This document shows, one piece after another, positions 9,280 through 18,346 of a DNA stretch of 32,000 nt. The position numbers and the translations under genes are program-made. Below the pieces are notes generated by a model. It did not search any database. It was given only the letters and a program-made list of their open reading frames with translations, and was not told the origin of the DNA. Position 1 is the first letter of the stretch, and the number at the start of each line of letters is the position of its first letter. The DNA is from Nitrosospira multiformis ATCC 25196 (GTDB taxonomy: Bacteria; Pseudomonadota; Gammaproteobacteria; Burkholderiales; Nitrosomonadaceae), in NCBI RefSeq assembly GCF_000196355.1, contig NC_007614.1, positions 2,280,001-2,312,000 of the forward strand, written 5' to 3'.

Positions 9280-10806
9280 TCAACGTCTGCGGTTACTGCC
9301 GCCGAACATACCTCCCAGAATCCCGCGGAAGATTTCACGGCCGGCACGCGAACCGATGGAGCGCGCCGCGCTGCGTGCAGCGGTATCGAGAATGCCAGGT
9401 TTATATCCACCGCGCGGGCCGGTTTTGCCGAGCAGCATATCACCCAGTACCTCCATCATACCCTCTTCGGATTCGGTCTTTTTTACCCTGGCACGGACGG
9501 GAGCTTCCTCATTCCCGGTATTCTGCGTCATCGGAGCCCGACTTCCGAGTATTTCGTATGCGGACTCACGGTCCACCTGTTGCTCGTAATGGCCGAAAAC
9601 CATCGAGGATTTGATGATACCTGCGCGTTCCGCATCGGTGACCGGTCCTATCCTCGATTGAGGCGGCAAAATAAACGCCCGCTCAACCATGGCGGGACGG
9701 CCTTTCTCGTCCAGCAACGAAACGAGCGCTTCACCCACCGAAAGCTCACTGATCACCTTTTCGGTATCCAGACCGGGATTCGCCCGCATGGTTTGCGCAG
9801 CCGACCGCACCGCCTTCTGATCGCGCGGCGTAAACGCGCGCAGGGCATGCTGCACGCGATTGCCGAGCTGTCCCAGAACAGTTTCAGGAACATCGAGGGG
9901 ATTTTGTGTTACAAAATACACGCCCACTCCCTTGGATCGTATCAACCTCACGACCTGCTCTATTTTTTCCAGAAGAGGACGGGGCGCATCATTGAATAAA
10001 AGATGGGCTTCATCAAAGAAAAATATCAATTTCGGTTTCTCGGGATCGCCTATTTCAGGAAGATGTTCGAACAGCTCTGACAGTATCCACAGCAAAAAGG
10101 TGGAATACAACTTGGGAGCGTTCAGCAGTTTGTCGGCTGCGAGAATGTTTATCATCCCCCGCCCTCTGCTGTCCACCTGCATCAGGTCATGAATATCGAG
10201 CATCGGTTCGCCGAACAGGATATCCCCCCCCTGCTGCTCGATCTGCAGAAGCGAACGCTGAATGGCACCGATCGAGGCGGCGGAAATGTTACCATACTGC
10301 ACCGTGAAGTCCTTCGCCTTGTCGCCGACAAACTGCAGCAGCGCGCGCAGATCCTTGACGTCAAGCAGCAGAAGTCCGTTATCATCCGCAATTTTGAATA
10401 CCAGTGTCAGCACACCCTGCTGCGTTTCGTTCAGATTGAATAACCGGCCCAACAGCAGCGGGCCCATGTCGGATATGGTGGTGCGCACCGGATGTCCGGC
10501 TTTTCCGTAAATATCCCAAAACGTAACCGGATATGCAGTCCATTCAGGTTCCGGAAGGTGGAGTTGCGCAAGCCGCTCCTTCATTTTGGCTGAATCGGCG
10601 CCAGGAAAGGAGAGACCTGCCAGATCGCCCTTTATGTCCGCCATGAATACGGGCACGCCGATCGACGAGAAGCGTTCTGCCAGCACCTGAAGCGTAACGG
10701 TCTTGCCTGTGCCGGTCGCACCCGTGATCAGGCCGTGCCGGTTGGCGAAGCCGGGCAATAAACCAAGGGGATGGTGGGATTGCGCGATCAGCAGCGGTGG
10801 TGCCAT
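9280..10806 (-). CDS. DUF853 / HerA-like P-loop NTPase (YjgR family)
   Basis: Walker A GATGTGKT and Walker [10 protein letters not shown] are present. The protein is about 500 aa with a Gly/Arg-rich C-terminal tail. A GAGGG SD precedes the start. Confidence 0.9.
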   Translation of the reverse strand: MAPPLLIAQSHHPLGLLPGFANRHGLITGATGTGKTVTLQVLAERFSSIGVPVFMADIKGDLAGLSFPGADSAKMKERLAQLHLPEPEWTAYPVTFWDIYGKAGHPVRTTISDMGPLLLGRLFNLNETQQGVLTLVFKIADDNGLLLLDVKDLRALLQFVGDKAKDFTVQYGNISAASIGAIQRSLLQIEQQGGDILFGEPMLDIHDLMQVDSRGRGMINILAADKLLNAPKLYSTFLLWILSELFEHLPEIGDPEKPKLIFFFDEAHLLFNDAPRPLLEKIEQVVRLIRSKGVGVYFVTQNPLDVPETVLGQLGNRVQHALRAFTPRDQKAVRSAAQTMRANPGLDTEKVISELSVGEALVSLLDEKGRPAMVERAFILPPQSRIGPVTDAERAGIIKSSMVFGHYEQQVDRESAYEILGSRAPMTQNTGNEEAPVRARVKKTESEEGMMEVLGDMLLGKTGPRGGYKPGILDTAARSAARSIGSRAGREIFRGILGGMFGGSNRRR

Positions 10807-10881
10807 AGTGCCCTCATAAATGCAGCTTACAAGCTCTGTATATCGGCTTTATGCGAACTGTATCAGTTTTTTCTTACTTGC

Positions 10882-11793
10882 TCACCCTGTCCAGCCAGCG
10901 ATCTCGAGCAACAGCAGCAGGACGAGCCATAGCACCAGGGTACGCCAGATGAGGCCGACGGTGCCCTGCAGAAAATCCATGTCGGCTTCTTCACCCACGC
11001 CTACCTCGGGGCGGTGATATGCGCCGGTCTCTTCCCGCAACGGATCTCCCAGGCGCACGCCAAGCGCACCTGCGCCACTGGCAAGAATGGTTCCCTGGTT
11101 CTGATCCCCCCATGATGCCGCCTGCGCGCGCCAGCAATAAACCGCATCCTCGAAGTTGCCTGCAATGGCAAAGCTCAGCGCTGTTATCCTCGCGGGTAGC
11201 CAATCGATGACGTAAAACGCCTTTACCGCAAAAACACCAAAACCATCCGGGCGCTCCCCCCAGGCGTCATTCAACAATTCCGCAAGACGGTAGAGCATGG
11301 GCCCGAGCGGCCCCGGCAGCAAGGTGAACCAAACGATGACGCCAAGCATGTTACGATGAGCATGGATCAACCCCAACTCGATGGCAATCCGCGAAATATC
11401 CTCACTGCTGGCACTCTCCGCCTCCATCCCGTAGTATTCCTTCAAGAGATCGCGTGCAAGCGGCAAATCTTCGTTCCTGAGCGCCTCCTTTATTTCAGTC
11501 AGGGAATAGCTGAACTGGCGAAAACTCGTGGTGAGATAAAGTATTGCCACATTCCACGCCCACGCCAGCAGCGGACTGGCTCCATATAATAAATAATAAA
11601 CCAGGAGGGAGAGTATAAGGAAAGGTCCTGCCGCGGCCACCCAGGCAATGATGCCGTGCCGATGGATGCCGGTGTTGAAATGACCCTCCAGCGAATCGGC
11701 ATAGGAGAGGAAAGAGGAGACAATATGTTTGCGCGCACTGCCGGAGCGCCACTGATCCAGCAGAAGAGCGAAAATCAACGAAAGAAAATTCAT
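10882..11793 (-). CDS. CobD/CbiB-family (AmpE-like) integral membrane protein
   Basis: It is a multi-TM protein whose N-terminus MNFLSLIFALLLDQW resembles CobD/AmpE-family N-termini. The family assignment comes from pattern recognition only. Confidence 0.65.
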   Translation of the reverse strand: MNFLSLIFALLLDQWRSGSARKHIVSSFLSYADSLEGHFNTGIHRHGIIAWVAAAGPFLILSLLVYYLLYGASPLLAWAWNVAILYLTTSFRQFSYSLTEIKEALRNEDLPLARDLLKEYYGMEAESASSEDISRIAIELGLIHAHRNMLGVIVWFTLLPGPLGPMLYRLAELLNDAWGERPDGFGVFAVKAFYVIDWLPARITALSFAIAGNFEDAVYCWRAQAASWGDQNQGTILASGAGALGVRLGDPLREETGAYHRPEVGVGEEADMDFLQGTVGLIWRTLVLWLVLLLLLEIAGWTG

Positions 11794-11846
11794 TGCGAGA
11801 AAATCATGCTGCTTTCCTTCAAAGCAGTTTCAGGGATAAGCATTAT

Positions 11847-12725
11847 TCAACCCAATGCGGACTTGAGAACCTTGCCCATCTCAGCGGGATTTCGCGCGAC
11901 TTTGATTCCGCATTCTTCCAGGACCGCAAGCTTTTCCTGAGCGGTTCCGCGACCGCCCGAAATAACGGCGCCGGCGTGGCCCATGCGCCTGCCCGGAGGG
12001 GCTGTCAAGCCTGCGATATATCCTACCACTGGTTTACGCATATTCTCCTTGACCCAGCGAGCGCAATCCTCCTCGTCGGTACCGCCGATTTCCCCCACCA
12101 TTAAAACAGCGTCGGTTTCATCATCTTCGTTGAACAGCTTCATCACATCCCGATGCCTCAAGCCATTCACCGGGTCGCCGCCGATACCGATGCAGGTGGA
12201 TTGACCCAATTCCTGCTCCATCAATTGCGCCACCGCTTCGTAAGTGAGTGTCCCGGAACGGGAAACCACCCCGATGCGTCCCTTTCGATGAATGTAACCG
12301 GGCATGATGCCAATCTTGATCTCGTCGGGCGTAATGATGCCGGGACAATTCGGTCCTACCAGCCGCGTTTTTTTTCCTTCCATCCTGTGGCAGGTACGTA
12401 TCATATCGCGCACAGGGATACCTTCGGTAATACAGATTACCAGATCCAGTTCCGCATCCACCGCTTCATCGATTGCGGCAGCGGCAAACGGTGGCGGCAC
12501 ATAGATTACAGAAACGGCGGCTCCTGTTGCCTGCTTTGCTTCCTCTACGGTGCCGAAAATCGGGATGCCATCAAAATCCTCGCCCCCTTTCTTCGGATTG
12601 ACTCCGGCAACAAAGCATTCTTTTCCATAAGCATAATCCCGACACATCCGCGTGTGGAATTGCCCGGTCTTGCCGGTAATCCCCTGCGTCATGATACGAG
12701 TGTTACGGTCGATCAGGATCGCCAT
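11847..12725 (-). CDS. sucD: Succinate--CoA ligase subunit alpha
   Basis: The start at 12725 gives MAILIDRNTRIMTQGITGKTG. The phosphohistidine loop RMGHAGAVI is present. The longer ORF to 12854 overlaps sucC and was rejected. Confidence 0.95.
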   Translation of the reverse strand: MAILIDRNTRIMTQGITGKTGQFHTRMCRDYAYGKECFVAGVNPKKGGEDFDGIPIFGTVEEAKQATGAAVSVIYVPPPFAAAAIDEAVDAELDLVICITEGIPVRDMIRTCHRMEGKKTRLVGPNCPGIITPDEIKIGIMPGYIHRKGRIGVVSRSGTLTYEAVAQLMEQELGQSTCIGIGGDPVNGLRHRDVMKLFNEDDETDAVLMVGEIGGTDEEDCARWVKENMRKPVVGYIAGLTAPPGRRMGHAGAVISGGRGTAQEKLAVLEECGIKVARNPAEMGKVLKSALG

Positions 12726-12753
12726 ACTGATTTCCCTCGTTTGCCGATTCTGT

Positions 12754-13950
12754 TCACGACCCTGTGGCCGGCATGGCGGCCGAGGTGGCTGATGCGGCTG
12801 CGGTAACGGCCTTTTCCGCGGCATCCGCCATATTCGCGGCTGAAATGATGGCAAGACCTGATTCGGTCAGGATCTTTTTCCCGATCTCCGCATTCGTGCC
12901 TTCGAGACGAACCACCAGGGGAACATTCAACCTTACTTCACGCGCTGCTGCCACTACTCCCTCTGCAATGACATCACATTTCATGATGCCCCCGAATATA
13001 TTGATCAGTATGGCTTGCAGTCTTGGATTGCGCAGCATCAGTTTGAAGGCTTCCATGACTTTTTCAGTGGTTGCGCCTCCTCCCACGTCGAGAAAATTGG
13101 CCGGATTTCCTCCGTAGAACTTGATGATATCCATGGTAGCCATTGCAAGACCGGCTCCATTTACCAGGCAACCTATGTTGCCATCGAGCGAGATGTAGGA
13201 AAGACCGTATCTGGACGCCTCGATCTCTGCCGCATCTTCTTCGTCAAGATCACGCAAGTCGGCGATATCGGGGTGCCGGAAAAGCGCGTTATCGTCAAAA
13301 TTCATCTTCGCATCGAGCGCGACAATGCGATTTTCGCCGGTGAGTATCAGCGGATTGATTTCGACGAGCGATGCGTCCGTGCTGTCGTAAGCGCGGTATA
13401 GATTCTGCAACAGTGCAGCCGTTTCCGCCACTGCCGCACCGGAAAAGCCGATCCTGCTCGTGATATCTTCCGCTTCCGTAGCGGTCAGTCCCGCCCCCGG
13501 ATCGATATACACTTTGTGGATCTTTTCCGGATAATCGGCAGCGACCCGCTCGATATCCATCCCCCCTTCGGCACTCGCCATCAGGCAGACACGGCGGCGG
13601 CCCCGATCCACCACCAGTCCAATGTAGAACTCCTTCCTGATATCGAGACCCTGTTCGACCAGCAGCCGTCGTACGATCTGACCCTGCGAACCCGTCTGTG
13701 GCGTGACGAGCGTCATGCCGAGTATTTTTTCGGCAAATTGTTTCACCTCGTCAAGCGATCTGGCGATCTTCACCCCGCCACCCTTCCCGCGTCCCCCTGC
13801 ATGGATTTGGGCCTTGACCACCCATGTGCTTCCACCCAGTTTTTTAGCGGTTGCCACCGCTTCATCCACGTTGAAGCAGGAATGCCCTCGAGGTATGGGT
13901 ATACCAAACTGATGCAGGATATGTTTGGCCTGGTATTCATGGATTTTCAT
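12754..13950 (-). CDS. sucC: Succinate--CoA ligase subunit beta
   Basis: The N-terminus is [12 protein letters not shown] and the ATP-grasp fold pattern is present. A strong GGAGG SD precedes the start, and the gene lies directly upstream of sucD. Confidence 0.95.
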   Translation of the reverse strand: MKIHEYQAKHILHQFGIPIPRGHSCFNVDEAVATAKKLGGSTWVVKAQIHAGGRGKGGGVKIARSLDEVKQFAEKILGMTLVTPQTGSQGQIVRRLLVEQGLDIRKEFYIGLVVDRGRRRVCLMASAEGGMDIERVAADYPEKIHKVYIDPGAGLTATEAEDITSRIGFSGAAVAETAALLQNLYRAYDSTDASLVEINPLILTGENRIVALDAKMNFDDNALFRHPDIADLRDLDEEDAAEIEASRYGLSYISLDGNIGCLVNGAGLAMATMDIIKFYGGNPANFLDVGGGATTEKVMEAFKLMLRNPRLQAILINIFGGIMKCDVIAEGVVAAAREVRLNVPLVVRLEGTNAEIGKKILTESGLAIISAANMADAAEKAVTAAASATSAAMPATGS

Positions 13951-14134
13951 GATACCTCCAACGACGTGAATAGGGAGTATAGCTCAATAGTTGTATTGGC
14001 GTTACGGGGAGAGGAAGAGAGGTCGAACATCCTGCTTCCTCCCCGTCGAGCGGCAGCTGCCCCTCTGGATTACTGATACAACTGACAATTGCTAATGCCA
14101 GCAATTCCCGATAACTGCCGCCTTCAACCGCAAT

Positions 14135-14869
14135 CTACGCATCCTCTACTTCACAGAGAATCACGGTGACATTGTCTTTTCCCCCAGCTTCCAAAGCTGC
14201 CGAGATCAGTCTCTCCACTTTTTGCTCAAGAGGTTCCGCGGAAGCGAGCACAATTTCGATATCCGCGTTCCCCACCATGTCGGTCAATCCATCCGAACAC
14301 AATAAAAAAATATCGCTGCCGAGCACCGCCCCTTGCACGATATCGCATGCTATTGCCGAATCGGTTCCCACGGCGCGCAGGAGAATGTTTTTTCGGAAGT
14401 GATGCTTTGCCTCCTGGGGCGTGAGCATGCCTCTATCCACCTGTGACTGTACCAGCGAATGATCTTTAGTCAACTGCTGCAGTCTTCCGTCGCGCAGCAG
14501 ATAAACTCTGCTATCCCCCACGTGGCCGATAATATACCGCTCGCCGTCGAACACGAGAAGATCTGCTGTGCATCCCATTCCTGTATCGGCCGGGTGCTGG
14601 ATGATGTGTTCGAGGATGCGCGCATTTGCCCGCTCGAATACATGCTGAATGCGCTCAGAAACGCTCTCTTTCCGAGGCGAAGCCAGTTCGGAAAATGCGA
14701 TTCGCACCATGTCGACAAAATGTTGACTGGCGACCTCGCCGGCCGCCGCGCCACCCATGCCATCTGCGAGTGCCAGGACGCGGGCCTGTGGTATGATCAG
14801 ATAACTATCCTCATTGTTATCCCGCCACAGGCCCACGTTGGTTGCACCAGCCGAGTGTAAGCTGATCAA
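14135..14869 (-). CDS. PP2C-family Ser/Thr protein phosphatase
   Basis: Motifs RDNNEDS, ADGMGG, GDSRVY, CSDGL and GGKDNVT are present. The preferred start is TTG at 14869, preceded by AAGGAG-N5. The ORF track extends to the ATG at 14950. Confidence 0.85.
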   Translation of the reverse strand: MISLHSAGATNVGLWRDNNEDSYLIIPQARVLALADGMGGAAAGEVASQHFVDMVRIAFSELASPRKESVSERIQHVFERANARILEHIIQHPADTGMGCTADLLVFDGERYIIGHVGDSRVYLLRDGRLQQLTKDHSLVQSQVDRGMLTPQEAKHHFRKNILLRAVGTDSAIACDIVQGAVLGSDIFLLCSDGLTDMVGNADIEIVLASAEPLEQKVERLISAALEAGGKDNVTVILCEVEDA

Positions 14870-15048
14870 GTTAGCTCCTTTGGCTTGGTCGCTCGATGTG
14901 TTCCCCCGTCTTGGCCACGACTCTCGGCCTGCAGCAGCATGTGGCTCCAAATATCGGGGAGCATTGCAGGAAAAACATCCTGCTGCCCATACGAGCTTAG
15001 CGGTATTTGTATCCGCAATCTTTGTATCCGTTTATCTGGGAGAAAAGC

Positions 15049-16404
15049 ATGGGAAGGACCTTTTTACTGCTTACAGCCGTTTGCGCAACGTTCGGTTATT
15101 TATCCCCGGTCGCTGCCGAACAAGGCAGCAACAGCGGTGTCACCTACCGACCCGACGTTACCTTTACCCTTCGTACGGATATCGGCGAGGGTAAACTGGT
15201 ATTTGTCGGTGAATCAGGTACGATCGCGGGCAAAATCAACCCTGACCTGGAGGTAAACCCGGGCGCAGTGGTTCAGATCAATCTGGTCAACGGCGATGGT
15301 GCCATGCATGACATCGCCATTCCTGAGCTGGGCGCCAAATCGGATAATATCACAGCGAAAGGCGCTGCCACTTCGATGGTATTTCGTGCAGTCCGTACCG
15401 GCACCTTTGAGTACCTCTGCACACTGCCCGGGCACAAGGCCGCCGGCATGTTCGGCCGTCTCATTGTCGGCAAGCCGCCGGAGGAAGCGAAAGGATATGT
15501 AACCAACGTGGCCCAGGACCCGCGCGCCGTGGGAGAGCCGGTCGGAACGCGGGCTTCAAGGCATTTGACACTCAATCTCGAAGCAACCGAAATCGAAGGG
15601 CAACTTTCGGACAAGAAGCTCTATAAATACTGGACCTTCAATAACAGGGTGCCGGGACCCCTCCTGCGCGTGAAGGTAGGGGATACCATCACTATCAATC
15701 TGCATAATAGCGCAAGCAGTACCAACATCCATTCGATAGATTTCCATGCCGTAACAGGACCGGGTGGAGGTGCCGCGGTCACGCAGGCGGCACCGGGCGA
15801 GACAAAGAGCTTCACCTTCAAGTCGCTTCATCCTGGACTGTTCGTTTACCATTGTGCAACTCCCATGGTTGCGCATCATATTGCGAACGGCATGTATGGC
15901 ATGGTTCTGGTCGAGCCCGAGGGAGGTCTGCCCATGGCTGACAGGGAATTCTATGTAATGCAGGGTGAGCTCTACACCACCCACTCCCACAATGTGCGAG
16001 GTCTGCAGGAATTTTCGCTGGAAAATCTGCTCGCGGAGAATCCCCAGCACCTAGTGTTCAATGGCACCGTGGATGCGCTTACGAAAATGTACACCATGGA
16101 AGCGAACACGGGCGATAACGTGCGCATCTATTTTGGTGTGGGCGGTCCCAACCTCACCTCCAGCTTCCACATCATCGGGGAAGTCTTCGATAAGGTGTAC
16201 GACCAGGCTTCATTGACCAGTCCGCCATTGACAGATGTGCAAACGACGCTCGTTCCGCCAGGCGGTGCCACCATTGTGGAATTCAAGGTCGATTATCCCG
16301 GCCGCTATATTCTGGTTGATCACGCGCTGTCGCGTATGGAGAAAGGATTAGCAGGTTATCTCACGGTGCGTGGGAAGGCAAACGCGGAAATATTCAAGCC
16401 GTAA
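15049..16404 (+). CDS. nirK: Copper-containing nitrite reductase with N-terminal cupredoxin extension
   Basis: The start at 15049 follows a GGGAGA SD and gives a signal peptide MGRTFLLLTAVCATFGYLSPVAA. The N-terminal domain has type-1 Cu ligands H87...C124-x4-H129-x4-M134 (CTLPGHKAAGM). The NirK core has HSIDFHAVTG and VYHCATPMVAHHIANGM. Confidence 0.9.
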   Translation: MGRTFLLLTAVCATFGYLSPVAAEQGSNSGVTYRPDVTFTLRTDIGEGKLVFVGESGTIAGKINPDLEVNPGAVVQINLVNGDGAMHDIAIPELGAKSDNITAKGAATSMVFRAVRTGTFEYLCTLPGHKAAGMFGRLIVGKPPEEAKGYVTNVAQDPRAVGEPVGTRASRHLTLNLEATEIEGQLSDKKLYKYWTFNNRVPGPLLRVKVGDTITINLHNSASSTNIHSIDFHAVTGPGGGAAVTQAAPGETKSFTFKSLHPGLFVYHCATPMVAHHIANGMYGMVLVEPEGGLPMADREFYVMQGELYTTHSHNVRGLQEFSLENLLAENPQHLVFNGTVDALTKMYTMEANTGDNVRIYFGVGGPNLTSSFHIIGEVFDKVYDQASLTSPPLTDVQTTLVPPGGATIVEFKVDYPGRYILVDHALSRMEKGLAGYLTVRGKANAEIFKP

Positions 16405-16417
16405 AGAATTGAAAAAA

Positions 16418-16454
16418 ATCAGAGGCGATTTCCCCGCAAACGATCGCCTCTGAT
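16418..16454. terminator. Bidirectional intrinsic terminator between convergent nirK and a small secreted-protein gene
   Basis: A 12-bp perfect stem (ATCAGAGGCGAT 16418-16429 and ATCGCCTCTGAT 16443-16454) is flanked by an A7 run upstream, which reads as a U-run for the minus-strand gene. Confidence 0.65.
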
Positions 16455-16462
16455 CCTTTATA

Positions 16463-16732
16463 TCATTGGTGTGGCTGCTTATACGGTTTCTTGTTCATTA
16501 CCTCCTGATCTCTGTATTCCTGCTTCACTCCCTCCGGTAAATCCTTGGGCATCTTCTCCTTCATGATCTCAGAGGTTGAGCTGGGCGCGTTCTTGTCGAC
16601 ATTCTTCTTGCTCATGTCTTGATAAGATTTGTCCATTGCTCCCTTATCCGAATCATGCGATCCAGCGAGCACGCTGAAGCTGCAAACCGCCGTGAAGGAC
16701 GCCAGAACAACTATCGATGTGAGTTTATTCAT
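16463..16732 (-). CDS. Small secreted Lys/Asp-rich protein, function unknown
   Basis: A GGAG SD lies 7 nt upstream of the ATG. The signal peptide MNKLTSIVVLASFTAVCSFSVLAG is followed by a low-complexity charged region. Confidence 0.6.
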   Translation of the reverse strand: MNKLTSIVVLASFTAVCSFSVLAGSHDSDKGAMDKSYQDMSKKNVDKNAPSSTSEIMKEKMPKDLPEGVKQEYRDQEVMNKKPYKQPHQ

Positions 16733-17142
16733 GTCGAACTCCTATAAGTAAATGGGTGGCAGAAATAATCAAGTTTCGGGTGACGAATACAGGTAATGCT
16801 TTCTAACATTGGATCCTCCAAGCGGGAGGCGGGCGAATGTTGACAGGCCTGCAATACGCTTGCAGGAACAATAGATATACTCTTTTCTCTGAAATCCTCA
16901 GTGCGCTAACGCACCCTCGGTTACAGGCTCGCTCAAAAGACCGGGAGCGAGAACGGTCAATCGGCAACAGCACCCAACAACACTCATAACGAAAACTGCG
17001 GGGAGTGTACCCATCTCTCCTCGGCATACCCCGTAGCCTTCAACGGGAAGATGTTGTACTTCCGTACGATGTACTTCAGGCCAATGGTAACGGGTCTTGA
17101 ACTCTGTAAGATGAAAGCGTGTTAACAGAGCAGGAGGAAAAA

Positions 17143-17485
17143 ATGAAGCTGAGCGATAGTGAAAAACTGATCCTATTAATGCTGAGTGAGGTCTTCCAAA
17201 AACTTAAGGTGGAGGGCAGTATTGACCCAGCGCTCGTGAAAAATGCCATTTCCCTGGATCACCCCTGGGCATTGAAATGGGAATACGACCGGGTTTCTGC
17301 GTTGTCGGGAAAAAATAACCTGGCAGAAAGCCAGGTAATCGATATCCTCAATATGTGGACTCTCATAGAGTAGGATTTAAGCTTAGGGAAACATCGACTA
17401 TAAATCCACTGCTTTATCTTCTTGAGGCTTCAATTACACAAAACTCCTCACCCGGTTTTGGCGGCAAAAATCGTTATCAATCCCG
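17143..17485 (+). pseudogene. yfbU-like (UPF0304) gene, frameshifted/decayed
   Basis: A GGAGG SD precedes the ATG at 17143. The first 76 codons (MKLSDSEKLILLMLSE...VIDILNMWTLIE) resemble the N-terminal half of YfbU-family proteins and end at TAG 17371-17373. A GFGGKN-like continuation (compare the family's GFDGNNE motif) appears in another frame around 17455-17475. Confidence 0.45.
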
Positions 17486-17691
17486 CTGATCTTTGTCTGA
17501 ATTGGAATCTACATTTTTTACGAAAATTTTTGGGAATATAGGAACCTTTACTCTGAACCCGCATCAAATATCATGCGGACAGTTGTTTTTTTATGTCCGC
17601 ACGGGTAGATACTGGTGCCCTGGCATTATTTGCGGGTCATCAAGTTGATCGTATTTTTAGCATATCATCTTGATTCTGAAAGGGGGTTATC

Positions 17692-17775
17692 ATGGAAATG
17701 GCAATTCTCGTAGTAGGTATAGGTGCTGTTGCTGCCTGGTATTTCATGTCCAAGGAAGGACGGAGAGAAAAATAA
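17692..17775 (+). CDS. Candidate 27-aa hydrophobic mini-protein (MEMAILVVGIGAVAAWYFMSKEGRREK)
   Basis: An AGGGGG SD lies 6 nt upstream of the ATG. The peptide has a single predicted TM helix and a basic tail. A strong hairpin terminator lies 45 nt downstream. It is below the ORF-track length cutoff. Confidence 0.35.
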   Translation: MEMAILVVGIGAVAAWYFMSKEGRREK

Positions 17776-17820
17776 TACTGATCCACAATACTAGAACTCA
17801 AAGTTCGCTCAAATCAATCG

Positions 17821-17853
17821 GCCGATGCTCAAGAAGCGAGAGCATCGGCTTCT
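17821..17853 (+). terminator. Intrinsic terminator-like hairpin after the mini-ORF
   Basis: A 10-bp perfect stem (GCCGATGCTC 17821-17830 and GAGCATCGGC 17838-17847) has a 7-nt loop and is followed by TTCTTGT. Confidence 0.5.
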
Positions 17854-18242
17854 TGTAACGAGGTTTCACAGTAAAATGAGAAGCTGTTTTGGAAAAGAGA
17901 GAAGGAATTGCAGCGAGGAGAGAAGGCTGTGAAGAAAAATCCCTCCATTCCGAAAATTTCACACCCAAGCTGACGCGCTCCAATTCAGGAAGCGTATTTT
18001 GACAGCACCTGTCTCCCAGTCACAAACTCCGCGCGCAACGCCCATCACATCGCATTGTTCAGTCATCATCGAGAGCGCCAATCTCAAACCCGAGGTGGCT
18101 AATATTAATTAGCCAGAACAAGGCTGTCAGCTCACGGAAAAGCGTCGCGAAAAAACGTCAATATTGAAATGAAATACCCTCACCAAACAGGCAGGGGGCA
18201 ACTGTAGAAGAGTGGCAGTACTTGAAAATGATAAATAACCGT

Positions 18243-18266
18243 AACCTGCTTCGGCGGGTTTTTTAT
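18243..18266 (+). terminator. Orphan intrinsic terminator (UUCG tetraloop)
   Basis: The stem AACCTGC/GCGGGTT includes one G-U pair and closes a TTCG loop, followed by TTTTTTATT. No plausible ORF lies upstream on this strand. Confidence 0.6.
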
Positions 18267-18346
18267 TGCTCCCGCATTCTTTCACCGGTTTTTTTCAGAT
18301 TGTGTTAATTATCTAACGGTAATATTTTATTCGCCTGGTTATACTT

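Noticed and set aside
9244-9999. 251-aa plus-strand ORF antisense to the DUF853 ATPase gene. 12153-12806 (antisense to sucD) and 19409-20026 (antisense to ndh) are similar cases.
   Set aside because: Each lies opposite a confidently identified gene and has no recognisable motifs and an odd composition.
14004-14046. Long imperfect hairpin (ACGGGGAG(A)GGAAG ... CTTCCTCCCCGT) between the PP2C stop and the sucC start, considered as a terminator.
   Set aside because: There is no U-run on either strand, so it may be structural or regulatory, but an intrinsic terminator call is not supported.
14870-15048. Search for FNR/NnrR (TTGAT-N4-ATCAA) or a palindromic NsrR-type box upstream of nirK.
   Set aside because: TTGTATCCGCAATC resembles only one half-site. 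No acceptable palindrome was found, so only the dyad and direct repeats are reported.
16901-17118. Possible group II intron 5' end: GTGCG at 16901 and a CTCTGTAAGAT string reminiscent of known introns.
   Set aside because: The GTGCG simply forms a local 5-bp hairpin (GTGCG-CTAA-CGCAC). There is no domain V/VI-like sequence, no RT/maturase ORF, and the next gene is yfbU-like.
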